A stretch of 64,000 nucleotides of DNA, from the NCBI GenBank assembly GCA_015231405.1, contig JADGBR010000008.1, forward strand, positions 25,216-89,215, in the 5' to 3' direction. This DNA is from Candidatus Omnitrophota bacterium. GTDB taxonomy: Bacteria; Omnitrophota; Gorgyraeia; Tantalellales; Tantalellaceae. Positions 59,421-64,000 of the stretch are shown in pieces; position 1 is the stretch's first letter; every line of letters starts with the position of its first letter. Below the pieces are notes generated by a model. It was not told where the DNA came from and did no database searches. It worked only from the letters and a program-made list of their open reading frames with translations. Made by a program: the position numbers and the translations under genes.

Positions 59421-59583
59421 AATTCAGCCTCGTTTGGCGACATTCACTTAGAGCAAATTTACTTGATTCGATCTCCTTAGTCAAGGGCCGATGAGGTAAT
59501 ATATCCACCTATGACAAAAACTATTTTGACACGAAGATTTCTCAGCTTGACCCACCACTCAAGAGCCTATATAATTAACAATT

Positions 59584-60393
59584 ATGATTTTAGAAAAAAA
59601 CAAGCCAATAGGTGTTTTTGATTCCGGGGTAGGGGGTCTTACCGTCGTAAAAAGTTTATGTGAGAAGTTGCCTTATGAAAACATCGTTTATTTTGGAGAC
59701 ACCGCAAGAGTTCCCTACGGCAATAAATCCAGGAATACCATAAAACGGTTTTCCGAAGAGATAGTAGCTTTTTTATTAAAGAAAAAGGTCAAAATGATCG
59801 TTATAGCCTGCAATACTGCCTCAAGTTTGGCTGTTGATCATTTGAAGAAGAAATTTAAACTTCCCATTCTTGGGGTTATTGAAGCGGGGGTTGAAGAGGC
59901 ATTGATCAACACGGGAAATAAGAAAATAGGAGTTATTGGGACAAACTCAACAGTGAAGAGTGGCGCTTATGAAAGGCTTTTATTGAGAAAAGAATCAAAA
60001 GCTTGTCTTGTGTCCAGAAGTTGTCCCTTATTTGTTCCATTGGTGGAGAATGGAATGATCCGTGACAGGATCACACAGCTGATTGTCGAAAGGTACTTAA
60101 GAGAGTTTAATAAAAATGGAGTTGACACATTGATCCTTGGATGTACTCATTATCCTGTATTGAAAAAGGTAATCCAAAAAGTTCTGCCGAATGTCACGCT
60201 TATCGATTCAGCTTCTGCTGTTGCTAAAAAAACAGAATTTATTTTAAAAGAAAAAAAATTGGCATCGAATGGGGACAGAGGTTTTCGAGTAATAAACTGT
60301 TTTGTCAGCGATGCCCCAGGGGATTTCAAGCGTAATGCCAGGATTTTTTTTGCGGAAGATATCAACGTAAGCAAAGCGATGTTAGAGCAATAA
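59584..60393 (+). CDS. murI: Glutamate racemase
   Basis: FDSGVGGLTV, DTARVPYG, ACNTAS, LGCTHYP. Confidence 0.97.
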   Translation: MILEKNKPIGVFDSGVGGLTVVKSLCEKLPYENIVYFGDTARVPYGNKSRNTIKRFSEEIVAFLLKKKVKMIVIACNTASSLAVDHLKKKFKLPILGVIEAGVEEALINTGNKKIGVIGTNSTVKSGAYERLLLRKESKACLVSRSCPLFVPLVENGMIRDRITQLIVERYLREFNKNGVDTLILGCTHYPVLKKVIQKVLPNVTLIDSASAVAKKTEFILKEKKLASNGDRGFRVINCFVSDAPGDFKRNARIFFAEDINVSKAMLEQ

Positions 60394-60395
60394 CT

Positions 60396-61244
60396 ATGAC
60401 GCGAAAGATACAGGGTACAAAGATCAAGGAAACTGTCAAGCGATTGTGCGTTGTTTCCGGTACGGTTTTGAGAGACGATATTTACCGGGCCTTGAAAGCG
60501 AGTTATTCGGCAGAAAAGTCCGGGTCTCGGGCTAAGGAGATGCTAAAGGTCCTTTTGGATAACGCTGATATCGCGAAAAAGGACGGGCTTCCGATATGCC
60601 AGGATACAGGGATGGTCGCTGTGTTCGTTGATATCGGGCAGGATGTTGTCGTTGAAGGCGGCTACATTAAAGAAATGATCAATGAAGGAGTGAAGGACGC
60701 TTATCGGGAAGCTGATTTTCGCAAGTCGGTCGTTAAAGACCCGATTTTAAGAAAAAATACAGGCACTAATGCGCCATCAGTGATACATTTTGATATCGTG
60801 AAAGGGGATAAAATAAGTATATCGATCATGCCAAAGGGTTTTGGGGCGGAGAACAAAAGCAAAATAAAAATGTTCAACCCGACAGTTTCTCCTCTTGAAA
60901 TAGTTGAATTTTGTGTTGATGTCGTGAAAGACGCCGGTCCTGACGCCTGTCCGCCATATATCCTCGGCATTGGTTTCGGTGGGACGATGGAAGATGCCGC
61001 GCTGATGGCAAAAAAAGCTTTACTACAACCGGTGGATATAAAAAGCAAGCATAAACATTTGGCCGAGCTGGCGGAAGCGATAAAAGGGAAAGCGAATGAT
61101 CTTGAAATAGGGGTCATGGGGCTTGGAGGGGGATCCACGGTGCTGGGGGTTAATGTAGCAGCGGGGCCGACGCATATCGCCGGTCTTCCTGTGGCGGTAA
61201 ATGTCTCCTGTCACGCGTTGAGGGGCGCGAGCGCGATCATTTGA
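60396..61244 (+). CDS. Fe-S fumarate hydratase / tartrate dehydratase, alpha subunit
   Basis: PICQDTG, PKGFGAEN, ACPP, HIAGLPVAVNVSCH. Confidence 0.93.
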   Translation: MTRKIQGTKIKETVKRLCVVSGTVLRDDIYRALKASYSAEKSGSRAKEMLKVLLDNADIAKKDGLPICQDTGMVAVFVDIGQDVVVEGGYIKEMINEGVKDAYREADFRKSVVKDPILRKNTGTNAPSVIHFDIVKGDKISISIMPKGFGAENKSKIKMFNPTVSPLEIVEFCVDVVKDAGPDACPPYILGIGFGGTMEDAALMAKKALLQPVDIKSKHKHLAELAEAIKGKANDLEIGVMGLGGGSTVLGVNVAAGPTHIAGLPVAVNVSCHALRGASAII

Positions 61245-61248
61245 GGTT

Positions 61249-61785
61249 ATGGGGAAAATTAAAAGGATAAGTTCTCCGTTCAGTGAAAAAGAGATAATAT
61301 CTTTGAAAGCCGGAGAAATGGTCTTGTTGTCGGGTATTATTTTAACTGCCAGGGATCAGGCGCATAAGAGGATTTTCGAATTGATTGCGAAGGGGGAGGC
61401 ATTACCCCTGGACCTGCAAGGGCAAACCATTTATTACTGCGGACCAACTCCACCCGGGAATAGAGTTATAGGGTCCTGCGGGCCGACTACTTCGGGACGG
61501 ATGGATCCTTTTACCCCGGAGATCCTTGCTATGGGGGTAAAGGCTCTGATAGGGAAGGGCAGAAGATCAGAAGATGTTTTACAAGCCATAAAAAAAGAAA
61601 AAGCCTCTTATTTTGTTGCGCCTGCCGGGGCGGGTGCGTATTTACAGAAAAAAGTTATCAGTTCGAAGGTCCTTTGTTTCCGGGACCTTGGCCCTGAAGC
61701 TATTTATGAACTTGAAGTTAAGGATTTCCCTTTGGTAGTCGGGATCGACGCGAAAGGGAAGGATATTTATTCCAGGTTGAAATAG
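61249..61785 (+). CDS. Fe-S fumarate hydratase / tartrate dehydratase, beta subunit
   Basis: TARDQAHKR, GPTTSGRMD, IGKG, DLGPEA. Confidence 0.93.
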   Translation: MGKIKRISSPFSEKEIISLKAGEMVLLSGIILTARDQAHKRIFELIAKGEALPLDLQGQTIYYCGPTPPGNRVIGSCGPTTSGRMDPFTPEILAMGVKALIGKGRRSEDVLQAIKKEKASYFVAPAGAGAYLQKKVISSKVLCFRDLGPEAIYELEVKDFPLVVGIDAKGKDIYSRLK

Positions 61786-61814
61786 AACGGTGAAAAAACA
61801 ATAATGAGGAAAAT

Positions 61815-62546
61815 ATGCGTAGCGATGGCAGGAAAAATAACGAGTTGAGGAATGTTAAGATCACCCCGCATTATATCAAGCAGGCCAAAGGGTCATGTTT
61901 GATAGAGATGGGTGATACCCGGGTGATATGTACGGCTAGCGTTGAGGACGGAGTGCCGCGGTTCCTCAAGGGGAAGGGCCAGGGATGGGTCACAGCGGAA
62001 TACGGGATGCTTCCGGCTTCCTGCGCCTCAAGGGTCTCACGGGAGTCTGCTCAAGGCAAAATGTCCGGCAGGACCCATGAAGTGCAGAGGCTCATAGGAC
62101 GTTCTCTCAGGTCGATATGCGATATGAACGCCTTAGGTGAAAGGACGATCTGGATCGACGCGGATGTTATCCAGGCCGACGGCGGGACGAGATGCGCAGG
62201 GATAACAGGTAGTTTCATAGCGCTGGCAATTGCCATTGATAAAATCATGAAAGACGAACTTATCGAAGGCATGCCACTGAAAAGCCATATTGCGGCTGTT
62301 AGCGTAGGGATGGTGAAAGGGATGGAATCACTTGATCTTAACTATGAGGAAGATTCGACGGCCGAAGTTGACATGAATGTTGTGATGACGGGTAATGGGG
62401 AATTTGTTGAAATCCAAGGTACGGCGGAAAAAGAGCCGTTCAGTTCATCGACAATGGACAAAATGGTGAGTCTTGCCAAAAACGGCATTAAACAGCTTAT
62501 TGAGTGCCAGAAAGATGCGCTAAAGGCCCAAGGCATATTTATTTAG
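61815..62546 (+). CDS. rph: Ribonuclease PH
   Basis: [46 protein letters not shown]. Confidence 0.97.
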   Translation: MRSDGRKNNELRNVKITPHYIKQAKGSCLIEMGDTRVICTASVEDGVPRFLKGKGQGWVTAEYGMLPASCASRVSRESAQGKMSGRTHEVQRLIGRSLRSICDMNALGERTIWIDADVIQADGGTRCAGITGSFIALAIAIDKIMKDELIEGMPLKSHIAAVSVGMVKGMESLDLNYEEDSTAEVDMNVVMTGNGEFVEIQGTAEKEPFSSSTMDKMVSLAKNGIKQLIECQKDALKAQGIFI

Positions 62547-62624
62547 CTATGGTAAGTTGATTTTTTCCTTGCGTATAATTAGTTTAGTGTTTATATTAAT
62601 GCAATTAACACGAGAGGTTTAGTT

Positions 62625-63224
62625 ATGGTGAATCTGTTGATCGCAACGACAAATAAGCATAAGTTGAAAGAACTCGAGATCAGGCTTAAGAGCGTTAAAG
62701 GCCTCAAGATAGTTGGATTTTCAGAGCTTGATATTGAACCTCCCATCATAGTCGAGGACGGTACTACTTTCAGGGCTAATGCTGTTAAAAAAGCGCTTAC
62801 CCTGTCGAGGTATTTTGAGGGGTTCGTACTGGCAGATGATTCCGGTATTGAAGTTGACGCACTTTGCGGTAAGCCCGGTGTAAGGTCATCGAGGTTCTCG
62901 AGGATAAATGCCACCGACGCCGAGAATAATAAAAAACTCATTAAACTGATGGAGAACGTCCCCGAAAAAAAACGCACGGCGCAGTTTGTCTGCGTTCTCG
63001 CTCTCGCGCGGAAAGGAGAATTATTGGGGACTTTCGAGGGTTTTGTGAAAGGCCGGATAGTAGATAAACGCAAGGGTAAGAACGGGTTCGGCTATGACCC
63101 GTTATTTCAGCCCGATGGTTGCAAAATGACGTTCGGCGAAATGCCCCCAGCCTCCAAGAACAAGATAAGCCACCGCACCGAAGCCCTAAAGAAACTGGAA
63201 GCATCCATCGGGAAATATCTCTAG
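62625..63224 (+). CDS. rdgB: dITP/XTP pyrophosphatase
   Basis: ATTNKHK, ADDSG, PGVRSSR, GFGYDP, KNKISHR. Confidence 0.96.
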   Translation: MVNLLIATTNKHKLKELEIRLKSVKGLKIVGFSELDIEPPIIVEDGTTFRANAVKKALTLSRYFEGFVLADDSGIEVDALCGKPGVRSSRFSRINATDAENNKKLIKLMENVPEKKRTAQFVCVLALARKGELLGTFEGFVKGRIVDKRKGKNGFGYDPLFQPDGCKMTFGEMPPASKNKISHRTEALKKLEASIGKYL

Positions 63225-63241
63225 TTTTGCCGGCGCAATTC

Positions 63242-63270
63242 TTGACTATATAACCAAAGTGGAATATACT
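63242..63270 (+). promoter_or_regulatory. Putative sigma70 promoter
   Basis: TTGACT-17 nt-TATACT; inverted repeat ACCAAA...TTTGGT straddles the -10. Confidence 0.55.
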
Positions 63271-63306
63271 CCTATTTGGTATGACTAAAGCGGAGTAGAG
63301 ACTGCG

Positions 63307-64000
63307 ATGAAAAATTTTAAAAGGGTACTTGATGTTGAGCTCCCTAATAAACAATCGGCTTTTTTATGGGGAGCGCGTAAAACCGGAAAAAGCACGTACC
63401 TTAAGGAGAAATTCCCGGGAAGCATTGTTTATGATCTCCTGAGAGCGGATGTGTTCTTTGAGTTCTCGAAGGATCCGTCCATGCTGCGTGAACGCCTGCT
63501 CGCCGTGGAAGGCCCTGCACTTAAGAGGCCTGTGATAATCGATGAAGTGCAAAAGGTGCCCGGGCTTCTTGACGAAGTGCATTGGCTCATTGAAAATAAG
63601 GGTTTGCGGTTCGTGCTGTGCGGTTCGAGCGCGAGGAAGCTCAAGCAAGGGCATGCGAATTTATTGGGAGGCAGGGCTTGGCGGTATGAGCTTTTTCCGC
63701 TGGCGAGTCATGAGATAGGGAAGGTAGATCTATTGCGTGCGTTAAACCACGGATTGATACCAAGCCACTATCTGCAAAATGACGAAGATTGCCGGAGGTC
63801 ATTAAAAGCTTATGTTCAGGACTATCTCAGGGAAGAGGTTTTTGCGGAAGGGTTGACGCGTAATATCCCGTCATTTTCGAGATTTTTTGACGCTCTGGGA
63901 TATTCTCACGGAGAACTGACAAATTATTGCAATATCGCCAGGGAATGCGGGGTTGATGCGAAGACGGTTAAGGAGTATTACCAGATACTCGTGGATACTC
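63307..64000 (+). CDS. AAA+ ATPase (AAA_14/DUF4143 family), truncated by the window end
   Basis: Not in the ORF track. Manual translation MKNFKRVLDV...FLWGARKTGKST...IIDEVQK...LCGSSARKLK...NLLGGRA; GGAG RBS. Confidence 0.88.
   Translation, partial: MKNFKRVLDVELPNKQSAFLWGARKTGKSTYLKEKFPGSIVYDLLRADVFFEFSKDPSMLRERLLAVEGPALKRPVIIDEVQKVPGLLDEVHWLIENKGLRFVLCGSSARKLKQGHANLLGGRAWRYELFPLASHEIGKVDLLRALNHGLIPSHYLQNDEDCRRSLKAYVQDYLREEVFAEGLTRNIPSFSRFFDALGYSHGELTNYCNIARECGVDAKTVKEYYQILVDT

Noticed and set aside
63364-63654. Short ORFs on - at the window end
   Set aside because: Antisense to the truncated AAA ATPase on +.
1-64000. tRNA, rRNA, CRISPR array, transposase or integrase
   Set aside because: None recognised by eye; intergenic gaps are short and accounted for.

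Overview
Gene-dense bacterial chromosomal window. The lineage is probably Omnitrophota or another PVC-group bacterium; this is an inference from the style of the giant protein and was not tested. From left to right: (1) an olsBA-like ornithine-lipid operon with a DUF3047-like gene; (2) pyruvoyl arginine decarboxylase followed by a CHASE4 hybrid kinase-Hpt-receiver phosphorelay and uup; (3) an uncharacterised six-gene convergent cluster (GNAT/FemAB-like protein, two SMR/EamA subunits, class-III aminotransferase, HAD phosphatase, esterase); (4) a 55-aa CxxC-x17-CxxC zinc-finger gene missed by the ORF track; (5) TetR-TolC-EmrAB and CusCBA efflux systems, a KimA-like APC permease, a small nucleotidyltransferase gene pair and an AsmA-like gene; (6) a ~30 kb, largely AT-rich surface-polysaccharide locus (WcaJ, CDP-3,6-dideoxyhexose genes, glf, many glycosyltransferases, Wzy, Wzc/Wza/outer-membrane barrel), interrupted by a ~2,400-aa membrane protein combining a TraB/TIKI-like N-domain, a Hanks Ser/Thr kinase and tandem LamG-like domains; (7) murI-fumAB-rph-rdgB and a truncated AAA ATPase. 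Non-coding signals include a REP-like palindrome family (3 copies), a 33-bp promoter-like element shared by the polysaccharide operons on either side of the giant gene, and C-rich 3' ends on operon-terminal genes. I recognised no tRNA, rRNA, CRISPR array or transposase. All calls come from reading motifs by eye; no database searches were run.
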